Origin: Pseudovirgaria hyperparasitica
Lineage: Eukaryota
Strand: one strand, 5' to 3'
DNA length: 64,000 nucleotides
Assembly: GCA_010093815.1 (NCBI GenBank)
Contig: ML996593.1
Under the pieces are notes generated by a model. The model was not told the origin of the DNA. It did not search any database and was given only the letters and a program-made list of their open reading frames with translations. The position numbers were made by a program, and so were the translations under genes. This document shows, piece by piece, positions 51,393-63,956 of this stretch (positions are counted from its first letter, which is position 1; every line of letters begins with the position of its first letter).

Positions 51393-53171
51393 CTACGCGA
51401 TGACGTTCCACTTCGCATTACTATTATGTCTGCACCTTAGTTTGTACTGGTCCTTCTCCACCCTGTCCTGGACTGTCCAATGTAAATTAGGGGACATTTC
51501 TCTGACAGCTCTGTACCTTCCTAAATTCATGCGGACTTTCTTTTCCCAGCCGTCCTGATCTTTTAGTTGCACCCGCACCTTCACTGGCCATAGCTCCAAA
51601 ATCCACCATCCCTTCGCCTGCACAAGCTGGTCGTTAATACCCGCCATAGAGTCAAGATAGTCTTCCATTTGCTCCGGGAGTAGATCGAGACTACCTATGT
51701 TCGCACGGTCGTGCTGAGTTGAGTCGTCTAGACCTAATGCAGTCGAACGACGTGTTATGGGTGGTATTGCACCTTGTTCGTATTTTTCCAAAAGAGTTGA
51801 GGATGGGCCAGTCCTAGGTCGTTCTGTGGGTTTGTAATCTGGCCAGAGAGTACTAAGATCCAATCCTTGTTCCGCCAGGGCAGATGTGCTGAACAAAATG
51901 CCAGTGTCGCATTCAAAACATTGCCGGATCATCCAGCGAAGGGGAATACGAGATAGCATGTGGCGTGTCTCGTTGGGTACTGCGCCGCCCCCAACGTCAG
52001 CGTGAGCTCCCATGAAGTAGCACTCTTTAGCATCTGTTATAGCACGCTGATGAGCTTTGCGCGTCCCGTCCAACTTTTCGAATTCTGCCTCCATGTCGTA
52101 GTGATCAATCTCAGCGGTATTGCTTCTCTTTGCTAAGCCGTCTGAAACCACGCCCTCGGTGGCTTTATTCTTCCTGATACTGCTAAATATGCCATACTTC
52201 CTCACCTCGCGCTCCAGCTTTCCTCGTGGTGTGTTGTCGATGGTGTCTTTTCTTTGCACTGCTGGATTCTGCTGTTGCCATTGGCACAGTTTGAACTTCG
52301 CACGATGCTCATCAAGGGCCATTGCATGCCGAAAAAAATGGATCGAGTTTGTAGGAGACTTGCTGAAAGGGAGCTTGCGAGGAATGAAACCGACACTTGC
52401 GACACAATCCCAAACACCTACGAAGTGGACGTTGACATTCGTGCAGAATGTCTTCTTGAACTGCGCACTCATTTTCCATCCTTCGACCGTGTCATCCTTG
52501 AAGAATGAATACGCAACTGTAACATGTCGGTGAGGAATGAATGAAGTCCATCGGTATACTGACAATTTACTTGAGCACCGTTACTGGCAGGTAGAAGGCC
52601 GACCTTGTGAAGCATGCCAGCTAGGCAGCGAACGGTATAAGCACCACGAGAGAAGCCGAATAGGCATATCTACTACTGTTAATTATATACTCGATCTTCT
52701 ATGTTGTCGAACATGCCTTATCACCATCACGATAATTCTGCATCAAGAACTACCATAGTCAGTTTGATCAATCTACCAATTGGAGCTCGTCTTAACCTTG
52801 TAAGCATCCTTGATGTGGATCCCGAGTCCACTTCCTACAGCCATGTCAATAGCGGCCGCCATTCCATTGCGAAGCCCTCCAGCATCGTAAGTGCCAATGC
52901 CCGACTGATAGTATGTCACTTGCTTCGAGGGGTCGTGCTTCCTAAGGCAGGAGACGAAGTGAACGACGTTGCTGTTGTCGTTGTCGAATTGATCGCCAGT
53001 CCCATCGAGACAAATTACGAGCGTCCTTGTATGCTCATGAGACGCAGCACCATCTTTGAGTGCTCGAACTGCTGTTGGAAAGGGCTCTGCGACGTACTTG
53101 TCCTCGTGAGAACTCTTATGGTATGTGGATTGAACAGAGGTTCTCGGGACGTAGTCGCTAGGAAAGCTCAT
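51393..53171 (-). CDS. DUF2235 (Tle1-like alpha/beta hydrolase) protein 1
   Basis: [38 protein letters not shown] (nucleophile Ser), GVWDCVASVG, RHAMALDEHR and FMGAHADVGGG. Confidence 0.92.
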
Positions 53172-53524
53172 GGTTCACACGATCATGTAGAAGAAAAAAA
53201 TCGCAAGTGCGACGGTGTATCGAAAGAGATGCACACAGCTTGCGTCGGACAGATGTTAATGCATTCATCTATACTATTCATATCACTCAAGGCCCCACCT
53301 ATGGATTCGGCTCATCGTAATTTCGGGGGCGCAATATGCTGCTTAGGGATTGATTGAGACTCACACAGGGCAGGCCGCAGTTGTCGCCGGCCAATGGGTT
53401 ATCAGTGATTCAGTTGTCAACTTCTCGATCGGATTGTCTTTCCAGGTGCTTGTTGAGGACCGGGCCCTGAGGGGCATTTTTGGGGGTTTCGGATTTGTTG
53501 CTTTTTTTTCATATAAACTGCAAA

Positions 53525-53540
53525 GGGGGGGGGGGGGGGG
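53525..53540. repeat. Poly-G tract (about 16 nt) between the two DUF2235 genes
   Basis: aaa-G run-ctgggg, seen directly. Confidence 0.8.
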
Positions 53541-54030
53541 CTGGGGATTTTACTTTACAAACTGTGCGGCTAGAGCCAAAGCACTTTACCGCGCGGGAAC
53601 GATATAGATTACGCACGCTAATCAGAGCCCGCTTGGTGGTATTCAGAGAAACATTTTAACGTAGGAAACATTCTCTTGTCTATACGATCTCGCTCAGTAC
53701 TCATTTGTACTACACAGTGTAAGTCATGGCTCATCTTGTGGCATCACCTACGCGCGAGTCGTCACCCCAGTGTGGCCAGATCGATAACAACTCAGGCTTC
53801 TGCCAGCAACTCCCCTCAGTGCACAAACAATGCACAGGCAAAAGGAGGCGCCACTGTCACTGAGATTATGAACCTGGGTATCACAGCCCACTTGTCTTAT
53901 GTTTCGCTGAAAAGGACCACTCGAGCAGTTGTGCTGGCGTGGCCCGTAAGAGGTCTAAGAACAACGCTTATGCCAATGCTAGCGTGAGTCAACAGACATA
54001 AATTAAAAAACCTATTCTGTGAGGAACCCA

Positions 54031-56273
54031 TCACTCCTTGAGATAGCATTCACCAATGGGATCCCCCTCATCGCGATGCACCTTCCATCTCCCTATGCCT
54101 AGGTGTTCCGGAGCTTTCCGTACACCTCTTCCGCCTCCACCAACAATGAGGTTTCCGGGTCGATAAGCAGGATCTGCACGCATTCTCTTGATAACACTAT
54201 TGTGAATGACTGCGTTGTGGGGAATGTCCCGTGTCTCACCTTTGGGCAAGGGCCAAGAAATGGCTCCCCAGGATCCATCAGCTCGAAGGTCCATTCTTCG
54301 AAAAGGCATGTACTCCATCATATTCCAGCTTATAACTCCTGTGGCGCCAGCTCCGTTGTTGAATTGTAACACGTCATGTATTTTACCCCTCGTAGCGGCG
54401 AAATCGAGTGCATCGTAGAAATGTGACTGTCGTAGAGTACCATCGATCGACTCATCTTTAGATCTTCCTGTTGAACTAGGCACCACATCGAAGTTCGGGC
54501 TATTCGTGCTGTACAGAAGAGACGGCTTGGCAGAGGTTTGCAGGTCCGACGAAGTTGGCGCGTGGATCGAGATTGCTGGAACATGCGCAAAATTTTTGTT
54601 ATGTTGCTTTCCACCGCTCGAGGCTGAGATACTATCACCACTCCTATCTGCGTCGTCATGACAACAATTCAGAGATCTTAGTTTGACCTCGTCGAAGGAC
54701 AGTCCGGCCTTTTGGGCTTCCCTGATCATCCAGACAAGGGGCACATGACTAAGTGCAGCAACTTCACCTTGGTGAAGTGGCCAGCCCCCTCCGATGCTGT
54801 AGTTAAATGGATCAGTATGGTCACACTAACGTACAGGTATCTTGAACATACTCAGCATGACATCCAGGAAACCAGACCTCCAGAATATCCTGATCCTGCT
54901 CCTCGTCGGAGGTCTCCTCGAGATGGAGATGGTGAGTGGCTTGAAAAGACGTCTGAGACACAGTACTTATACTGTGAGTATCCCCCTCTACGCTTGTCCT
55001 TAAACCTGGACTGAGAGATCGGACACCCGATGTCTCTGATGGATTTCTAAACCTCCGTGGAGGCTGCAACTCACTGGCACCGGCCATGTCTTTATGCCAT
55101 GGCGTAGGACCAAGGGCCAGTCGACCACGTGTGTTGATATTTGGGGTTTGGGGACTTCCTTTCGGATCACTGAATTTTTCGCACGTCTTTCTGAAATGTC
55201 TATTGTAGTGCTCGCGTTTGTCGAGTCTCGCTTCTGAAATCAAGTCCTGGCGGAATTTTGCGCGCCTCTCATCAATACTACATGCGTGTCTGATAACCTT
55301 GGCGGTTGACCGAGCCGTATATGGAAATTTGCTGCGTTGCATCCAAGCCTGTATATGCCATTAGGTAGACGAACGTTGAATTTATCTTGAAATTATACAT
55401 ACGTTTTCGAATTTCGGAACGCTATTAACTGTGTCAAAGAGACCTACGAGGCAGGCGTTAGCATGTGTGAGAACCATCAGTATAGCCTTAGGATACCTAG
55501 AAACTTGAGCCTGTGTACGGGTCTGGAGAACGTCTCCCTGAATGCGCACATGAACTCTAGTAGAGCCTTCTTCTGTACCTTGTCCTCCTGTGTCTCATTT
55601 GTGCGGCATTGCCATTTCTGGAAAGTTTTCCAGGCGAAGTAGGCCATCTCCTCATTACCGGCACTCAACAAACCAACATGATCCAGCATTTCGGCCAAGA
55701 AACGCGCCGTATAAGCTCCACGACTGAAGCCGAAGAAGTATATGTCATCACCCGGAGAGTAGTACCGCATGAGGAACTGCAATCGGTCAGACGAAAGGCC
55801 CCCCTTTCATGGTTCTTAGTACCTTGTAGCCCGCCATGACATGCTGATCAAAAGAAGTGCCAATGGCTGAGTCCTTAGCCTTATTGTACCAGGATTTGAA
55901 TCGAGACCATCGCGAAGTGTGAGATAGCGAGTTTGTTGTAACATATGTGCCTATGCCTGCACGTGATCAGTGAGTCGAGGCCAGTATAGAACGATTCAGT
56001 CGGGCATTGTTGCTGACCTGGCTGATAGTAATGAAATTGATCCTCTGAATTGCGGGCAAGGCAGCGATAAATCTTCAGAATATTTGAATCTGCGTCAGTG
56101 CCAGAGAACTTGTTCCCAGTCCCATCGAAACAAAGGACGAATTTTTTTCGAGAACGCTGCCATCTTCTCGTGTTATAGACAGGCTGGGCATGATCAACTA
56201 CCTCTGGATCCGAACTTCCTCGTCTGTAATGCGAATTATTCATGTCTCCAGGCGGTGTCCTTGAGGCCATCAT
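54031..56273 (-). CDS. DUF2235 (Tle1-like alpha/beta hydrolase) protein 2
   Basis: [64 protein letters not shown] and [13 protein letters not shown], spread over several exons. Confidence 0.92.
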
Positions 56274-58028
56274 GAGTCGCTGGTGGCGGAGGCTGTATGA
56301 TTATACGGAAGTGAACCGAGCTACTGGGTGAACTTGAAGGGCACGTTGGGCAATGCCACCTCCTCACAAGGTCTTGCTGAAGTTAAACATCAGAGCCTAA
56401 TCATCAAAAGACCTTCAGAATTACGACCGTCAAGGTAACTTCAAGGTAGTTTACGGATGTCATGGCAGTGCAAGCTGGCTACAAGGCAGGAGCACAAGGC
56501 AGGAGCACAATGAACGCAACTCTCTTGAATGGACTGACGGTATTGTGGAGATACAGGACGTATCTATCGCTGCAGTGCCCGACTTCTTCGGCCAAAAAAT
56601 ACAGGCTATCATACAGGCCCAAGGCGCCTCCACGTCAAGCGCAGGATGTGTTGATTGGCTTGTGCACTGTGACACTTTTCTATACCCGACTTTGGGAGAA
56701 AAGCCACAGAAAAATGCCCACGTAGCCGCAGGCAGTGGTGATGTCGATTGGGGAGGGGATGATGGAGTACATCTGCATCAGGGCGAGCTTTGGACATTTC
56801 AGCCCGCCACAGAGCTTCAGATCAGCACAAGGAGATGAATTTTAGGAAGCCCGAGCGCGGATAGATGGCGCTAATGCAGCAACCCAAACACTTGTTGACT
56901 CACCCTCCCTGTGCGTGTGTGCATGATGCATCCTCACCGACTAGCGAGAAAGTTAGCAGCCAATTAGCTTCCGTATTATGCTTCCCGGTGATGCGGGTCC
57001 CAGTATCTGCTCGGGAAACGGACGGGACGGGCTCGCCCATCCCTCCTACACCCTCTCGTCTGATTTGCTAGTAATACACACGTACATACACACGTCGCAC
57101 GAACAGAGATACTGTGGCTCTTCAGGCTTTGAGTTCGGTTAGTGGTTATGACAGAATAAGCAGGCGCTGGGCAGTATCTATGAATGCAGTACGGACCATA
57201 AGCTCGGACAATTCAGAAATCCTTCAGCTTCGGATGTAGCCTACTACTACATACTACATTGGAGAGACCAGGTCATGTTCGTATCGAACGATCTGCTAGT
57301 CTTATGGCCCCGGCTACTCTGCTTCCCACTATTTCACGCCTCACGTACATTCGGTCTATTCTCAGGGTATGATGTTGTCAAACCCGCGTACCGTTTGTAC
57401 AAGGTGCGCGACGCTTGATAGTGCCAATCTTCAAGTAGGTTCAATTCATTCTAGCCAATGTGTACCCTGCTGACTACTAGGAACCAGATGATTCGGCGAT
57501 GCTTCTGTACATTGAGTCTTTGACTGCAGGACGATACAGGTCCTATAGCACAGGTGCTTTCTGTACAAGGATATTCCACTGCACATGACTAGATTCACAC
57601 AATGAATACGAGGCAAACGGCAAGCTTTCTGCAGGGCTTCGTGGGATCTCAACATCAATATCCATATTCAATAAATTCATAGCACCAGGACGCGAAGTGA
57701 TCACCTATAGTCTCCACCCAGGCTTGATTAACATTAGTCATGATGAACGCCCCCCGGGCCCCCCCCCCTCCTCTCCCTACATCCCTCTCTTTCCATGGCT
57801 AGATATCTGCGTCTTGCCAAGTCGGAGTCTTTAAGCTAAGTAGCTAGCTAATTATGAGAGCAAGGTCCCAAAGCTTGCCAAAGCTATAGCTCTTGCGAGG
57901 TTCTCGAGAAACATTCCACGAAAGAAAGCTCCGTGTGCCCCTCCTCCTAATCAATTCTTCACCTCATTCATCTTATCGCTACTAGTAGACTTCTATCGTA
58001 TCTTGAAGGACATACCTGCTCAAACAAC

Positions 58029-61000
58029 ATGCCTGGGCAACTGAAGTCCTTTCTGGGCTCCATGAAGAGACGACCCACGAAGGCCGCCGATGGGAGATCA
58101 GATGAAGCCGCTGCCGGCGCAGCAAAAAATGAGAAGACCTCAGTTGTCCATGATTTAAAACATCTTGGTCTGAAAAATACCAAAACCGTTGCCGAGGCCC
58201 TCACAACCCTGGCTGCTGGGAAACCTATGGATGACAAGGAGCTCTTACTGGAGAATGGTGTCTCTATGCTTCAGGGACTTCCACTTAACAGTGGCCTGAG
58301 TGAGAAAGTTTCAGATGGCTTCATCAGCATGCTTTGGAATGACCTACCACATCCTCCACCCACGTTGGCTGGTCCCACAACGAGATACCGGACACACGAC
58401 GGCAGTGGTAACAGTCCTTGGAACCCAGAAATGGGCAAAGCGGGCTCACCATACTCTCGTAGTGTTCCGCCCATGAAGCCCAAAGGCCCAGCATTACCAG
58501 ACCCTGAACTTGTGTATGAGAAGCTCATGAAGCGAGATGGTCCATTCAAGGAGCACCCGTCCGGTCTTAATAGACTGTTTTTCTCATTCGCTACGGTTGT
58601 TATACACGAATGCTTCCAAACAAGCAGGAAGGACGCATGGATCAACGAGACTTCGAGTTATGTAGACCTAAGTACTCTATATGGCAACACTGGGAACGAG
58701 CAAAGGCGAGTACGTACATATAACAATGGTCTAATTTACCCTGATTCTATCGCGTCAGAAAGAATCATGATGATGCCTCCTGGTGTCGTCGCGATTCTAG
58801 TTATGTTTTCAAGGAATCATAATCAGATTGCGCAAAATTTATTCTTAGTCAATGAGGATAGCAGATATAAGCCCTGGGACTCTCTTGATGAAGATGGAAA
58901 GAAATGGTAAGATTCATACATTAATATATGGATATTATAACTGATGTATGCTTTAGGCAGGATGAGGACATCTTTCAGCTGTCCCGCAACATAAATGTCG
59001 GGTTCTTCGCCACTGTTGTTCTTAAGGACTACGTTGCGGCTATTCTCAATACTCCAAGAGCGGACTCAACTTGGTCACTTGACCTCGGGAAAGAGATAAA
59101 ACAAGCAGGGTCACGCGTTGAACGTGGTAGTGGAAACGTCGTTTCGGTGGAGTTCGCTGTGCTCTATCATTGGCATGCAGCGCTCAGCGCTGCGGACGAC
59201 AAATGGATGGAGGATATTATCCGAGCCGCTCTTCCGGACCTGGGGCCAATTGACAATATGACTGTGGAGCTTTTCCATAAGGTCATGATGGTCCACGGCC
59301 ATAAGTTAATGGAAACTCCTCCTCAGAGATGGACATTTGGCGGTCTACAGCGGAATGAGAGCGGTAGTTTCAACGATAATGATCTCGCGGGGATCATCAA
59401 GAGTTGTATCGAAGAACCAGCACATGCTTTTGGTGCGCATGGCACACCAGCCAGTCTAAAAGTAGTGGATATCATGGGCCAGCTACAGGCCCGTAATCAG
59501 TTTAACGTGTGCACAATGAACGAGTAGGTCTTATCCACTATACTATTTGAACATTATTTTGATAAGTCTTCGCAGATTTCGCCGATATCTAAACTTGAAA
59601 GCATATGACAGCTTTGACGAATGGACCGATGACAAGGAAACCGCCAGGGCAGCGGAGCTTCTTTATGGTCACATAGAGAATCTTGAATTGTATCCAGGCT
59701 TAATGGCTGAATGCACCAAACCGGCGATGCCTGGTAGTGGGGTATGTCCAGGGCAAACCACAGGACGCGGTATTCTGGATGATGCAGTCTCTCTTGTTCG
59801 TGGTGATCGGTTTCTGAGCTATGACTTTAACAGCAACACCTTAACAAATTGGGGAGTCTCTAAGCTCGCCGCGAGCCCGCCAGGATCTTACGGAGGTATG
59901 CTTCCGCAGCTCCTCTTCAACGGTCTTCCTGAAGCGTTTGCGGGTACATCTCCTTACGTCCTGCTTCCATTCTACACCCCTAAGGCTGTCAAAGAAATTC
60001 TTACGAACAATAAGGTGATCGATTTATACGATCTCACTCGGCCGGACAGTGATCGTACTCGTCTTGTGAGCGTCCAAACTCACCAAGCCTGTCAGAATGT
60101 GCTCGAAGACCACGAGAATTTTCACGCTATAGCTTCGATTGCCACCGAGAGCCTACCCGACAGAACTAACAGACACTCCCTGGCCAATGGCAAGAGTACT
60201 GCCAACCGGCGGGAGGCTATTCACAAAGCCTTCTTCAACCACGGATTCGAGCAGAACGTAACAGAATTTTTTAGTACGAACGTGGCGGCTCTGATCAGGA
60301 AGCATTCTCTGAGCTTCTCGAGGAACAGGAATTCAATCAACATCGTTCGCGATGTTACGAACATAGCTCCAATTCTCTACATTGCTAGACGAGTCGCTAT
60401 TCCATTGAAAACCCAGGACTGCCCAAAGGGTCTAATGTCAATATACGAAACTTTTACCGTTCTCCTGGCTGTCTATCTATATCAGAGCTTTAACGTACTC
60501 CCCGTCAATGAGTGGAAACTCAGAGATGGTGCAAAAAGATCGTCAGAGCCTCTCCGCGCCGTCTTTGAGGCACACCTGAAGACCCAGAAAGGTCTTAAAG
60601 AGAGTGTGGTTGACTGGCTTGCGAAGGGCAGTTCCTATGAGGTCGGACCAGATGCTGACGCACTATACCACGCTTTGAACGAATCCGGACTTCCTGTTAG
60701 TGACTCAGCTACAGAGCTTATCGACCTGGGAGCTTCAATTGCTGGCAAATTGACCCATCAAGCGTCACTTCTTATTGATCTTTTCCTTAGTCGGGGATAC
60801 GAACAGTACAAAGAACGCATAGTTCAGCTTGCTCATATGCCAGTAGCAGAATCCGAGATAGAGCTGCGAGGTTTCGTGCTTGAAGGTATGCGGCATGCTA
60901 GTGTGAGCCCTGGCCTACCTCGCGTTGCTACAAATGATGTCTCGATAACAGACGGCACCCGTGGATTAGTCAACATCAAAGCAGGTCAGACTGTCATTGT

Positions 61001-61368
61001 TGCAACATCTAAGGCCGCTATGGTAAGAGCATTCTATGTCCAGCCAGATGACATTTATTGACCATCCATAGGACCCTGTTGCGTTCCCTGAACCTGAGAA
61101 GTTAAATCCGCAGCGCAATTTCACGGATAACATGCTTATGGGCTACGGACTACAGTCACAGTTCGGAACCCAACTTGTTGCCGCTTCACTTGCTGCCACA
61201 ATCAGGGAGGTCTTTAAACTTAAAAACTTGCGTCGTGCCCCTGGAAAACAGGGCTCGCTCACGACGACTTCAAACGACGTCGCTGGGGTTACACTGCGTC
61301 ACTACTTGGATGCCACTGCAAGAGAGGGTCCTATACCCACCTCACTTGTCTTAGAATATGATAATTAG
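58029..61368 (+). CDS. Heme peroxidase-type fatty-acid dioxygenase fused to a degenerate P450 domain (Ppo/linoleate diol synthase superfamily), 4 exons
   Basis: WNDLPHPP, YRTHDGSGN, AGSPYSRSV, distal IHECF, TSSYVDLSTLYG, proximal SVEFAVLYHWH, LYGHIENLELYPG and DAVSLVRGDRF. C-terminal EGMR and PEKLNPQR, but no heme Cys. Confidence 0.92.
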
Positions 61369-61374
61369 TTGATT

Positions 61375-61720
61375 ACGAAGATTTAGTATATAGCTTTACT
61401 ATCATATCATAATAAATAGTTTAATATATCTAAATCCTTTACTTTGATATATATTAAATAGTAGATTAGAGTATAACTTAAAAATAGAACAGAAATATAG
61501 AAGTTACAAGTAGATAGTATATATTATCTAAGTATATTTCATCTGAATACTAGTGTATGTGTATATCTACTGTTATATAATAGCTTGATTGCTTTTACTT
61601 ACTTTAGTATATATTTCTCAATAATACCTTTCTATTTACTATAGTTAAATTAATTCTATTTCTAGATTATACTTCCCTAACTGTAGTGTAGCTAGAATCA
61701 TATCAAATAATCTAGCTAAT
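61375..61720. repeat. AT/TpA-rich RIP-like repeat relic
   Basis: Abrupt low-GC island directly after the dioxygenase stop. Confidence 0.55.
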
Positions 61721-62009
61721 TCACGGTTGTCTGTTACCTTTCACCTGCTAAGGAATTCTATGTCTTTGATAATTGCGAGGAAGGAATTCGAGCGATATGA
61801 AGAAGCATACACGGAGCGGTTAAAGACACTAATAGACGAGAAAATGCAGGCGGGGCAGGAATGTTTATCGAAGATGGGAAAGAGGTACATAATTAGCGAA
61901 GATAGACCTCTAGAAGATAACATGACGGAAGACACAGGTACTAGCGTAGTAAACCACATCTTGCACCACGTCCCGTCTAATATGTATATACGCCCCATAC
62001 AACCTTTCA

Positions 62010-62458
62010 TTAGTATTCAAACGGATCATGAAGAATGGTAGGATTCCCGTTCATCATCCTCTTGTGCCCGGTCCACCTTCCCTTCTCCTTCCTTCTCTTT
62101 AGAATGGCCCGTCCAGACTTTGTCTTCATTCGATTCATCAGGCCGTGTCTCCGCTTTCTCTTCCAATGAGTCCATCCGTTCATGGTATTACGAGCCGCGT
62201 ATCGAACCTGTATCGATACGAATGCGGGATGTGAGGATATGGCAACGTCTGGGCCGAACTCTGGTAGTCTTGTTCTCAAAGTGTCCGAAAGCTCTTGTGT
62301 TGTGCGGCACGATGTCGATTGTTGTGGTAACCTGGGACGGTGACATGTGAGGAAAGATATTGGTCGAGCATCCACTTGGGGATTAAAACTAATGTGAGGT
62401 AAGCTTGTGGGTAAAGAAGATACTGGCAATGTTGCGTAGCTCACCAGTGCTTGGACAT
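62010..62458 (-). CDS. Mitochondrial ribosomal protein bL34m; start and 5' exon uncertain
   Basis: QVRYAARNT...THWKRKRRHGLMNRMKTKSGRAILKRRKEKGR is the L34 signature. Tentative start at ATG 62458 with a GTGAGC..TAG intron. Confidence 0.75.
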
Positions 62459-62851
62459 CTGTAGTTGGCGTGACCACGACGGAAGGGAAGTTTGTGATCT
62501 TGCGAGCGATCGAAATGAATGAATGAATACCATATTGAGGTTCTATAAAGCTCTGCACTCAAGTTTCTCGGGCGAGGCTCCGGGTCGATACCCTGAAGTA
62601 ACTCCTCAGGTTCGCAAAGGTTCGGGAGAGGTCGGCGCAAAGCGACTTAGCCAAGTGGAGTTAGTTTCTACGAAAAGTTTGGACCCACTCTCAAGCTTTA
62701 GTCGGGAATAAAAAAGGACCGCAATACCGCTCAATAGACCTCTGCCTCAATGTACCTGAGATCTAGCAGCAATCACTCAGTATACGATTTCGATTCTTTA
62801 CCTCAGGCAGCCCGGACTAAGGCCATCGTCGAAAGATAGGTCTACATCAAC

Positions 62852-63571
62852 ATGGTGCGAGGAGACGCAGCCCGCTTCCAGTTCCTCCCCCCACATCGCA
62901 CTCTTCCCTCCACTCCTGTCCCACTCGCAGATGCAGAGAAGATGCTCACCGCGTATCTCGACAAGACCGACTATGAACCACACCTTCACCCAGACGCAAT
63001 TCTCAACGCCGTTGGCATACAGCTGTCTCTTTCTAGTGGCACAGAAGGCGGACTGACTTTACATAACCTACGGCGCATCCAGGCCGGCTTACGAGGAGAG
63101 AAACTTGGACCAGGGACATCGGCTGATGAAGATGCGAAGGGAAGCTTGCAGATTCAGCCTGCTGGTCAGGAAGAGGTGCGCGATGAAGAAGATGTTCTGG
63201 CTTCTGAAGATGAAGCTGCAGCTCTAGAAGAAGATCCGCTGCGTAGACCGATGCCAGCAGAGGAGAAGCTAGTGGACGGCATGGCAAGTGACCGCGAGTC
63301 AGAGCATGACGGCAAGAGTCAATACATCACTACTCAGCCGAAAGAGACCCAGGAGCCAGGTGATGACGAGGCACTGGTGACAGCGATCACTGCGAAGAAT
63401 GAAGCTGGCAAGAAACGGAAGAAGGTAGAGATAGGGAATGGCAGCGCTGCGAAAACATTCGAGACTTCGAGAGAGAGGAATCTTGAGAAAAAGAAGAAAG
63501 ACCAATCGAAGAAGTCGATAAATGAGAAAAAAACAAAAAGTGAGAAGAAGTCGAAGAAAGCCGATGTATAA
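62852..63571 (+). CDS. Hypothetical protein with Lys-rich tail, possibly nucleolar (weak resemblance to RNA Pol I A14/Ker1)
   Basis: 239-aa ORF with PHLHPDA...GGLTLHNLRRIQAGLRGE, an acidic middle and a KKE-rich C-terminus. Confidence 0.7.
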   Translation: MVRGDAARFQFLPPHRTLPSTPVPLADAEKMLTAYLDKTDYEPHLHPDAILNAVGIQLSLSSGTEGGLTLHNLRRIQAGLRGEKLGPGTSADEDAKGSLQIQPAGQEEVRDEEDVLASEDEAAALEEDPLRRPMPAEEKLVDGMASDRESEHDGKSQYITTQPKETQEPGDDEALVTAITAKNEAGKKRKKVEIGNGSAAKTFETSRERNLEKKKKDQSKKSINEKKTKSEKKSKKADV

Positions 63572-63723
63572 TTTCTACGACTAGCTCACGAAAAGGTTGA
63601 TGTAACATGTCACGAACACCAGTGGCCAATGATTCATTCTGTGAGATATGGAACGCATCACTTGAAGCATTATTCTATCCATCGGCAGGGCCTCACATAT
63701 TTCCGACGCCAGTTGATCCCAGC

Positions 63724-63956
63724 TCACAGTTCCCTTCCAGATGCCTTCTCCGCCCGCACCTGATCCGAGTCTTTCGACACTGGCCCATTCTCACCAGTCC
63801 AGCCCATGGCTCTCAACCGCTCGGTCAAGATCGGGTGCGAGTAGTGGAAGCTCGAGTACATCCAATCAGCGTCCATACTTGACAGATTCGTAATCTGAAG
63901 CTTGATCAAGGACGCAGCCAATTCGGTGGTATATCCGAGCTTGACGGCGAAGGCAT
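63724..63956 (-). CDS. STE24: CaaX prenyl protease Ste24 (peptidase M48), last exon only; gene continues beyond the window
   Basis: After a ..TAG acceptor: DAFAVKLGYTTELAASLIKLQITNLSSMDADWMYSSFHYSHPILTERL, matching the Ste24 C-terminal HYSHP..ERL motif. Confidence 0.9.
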
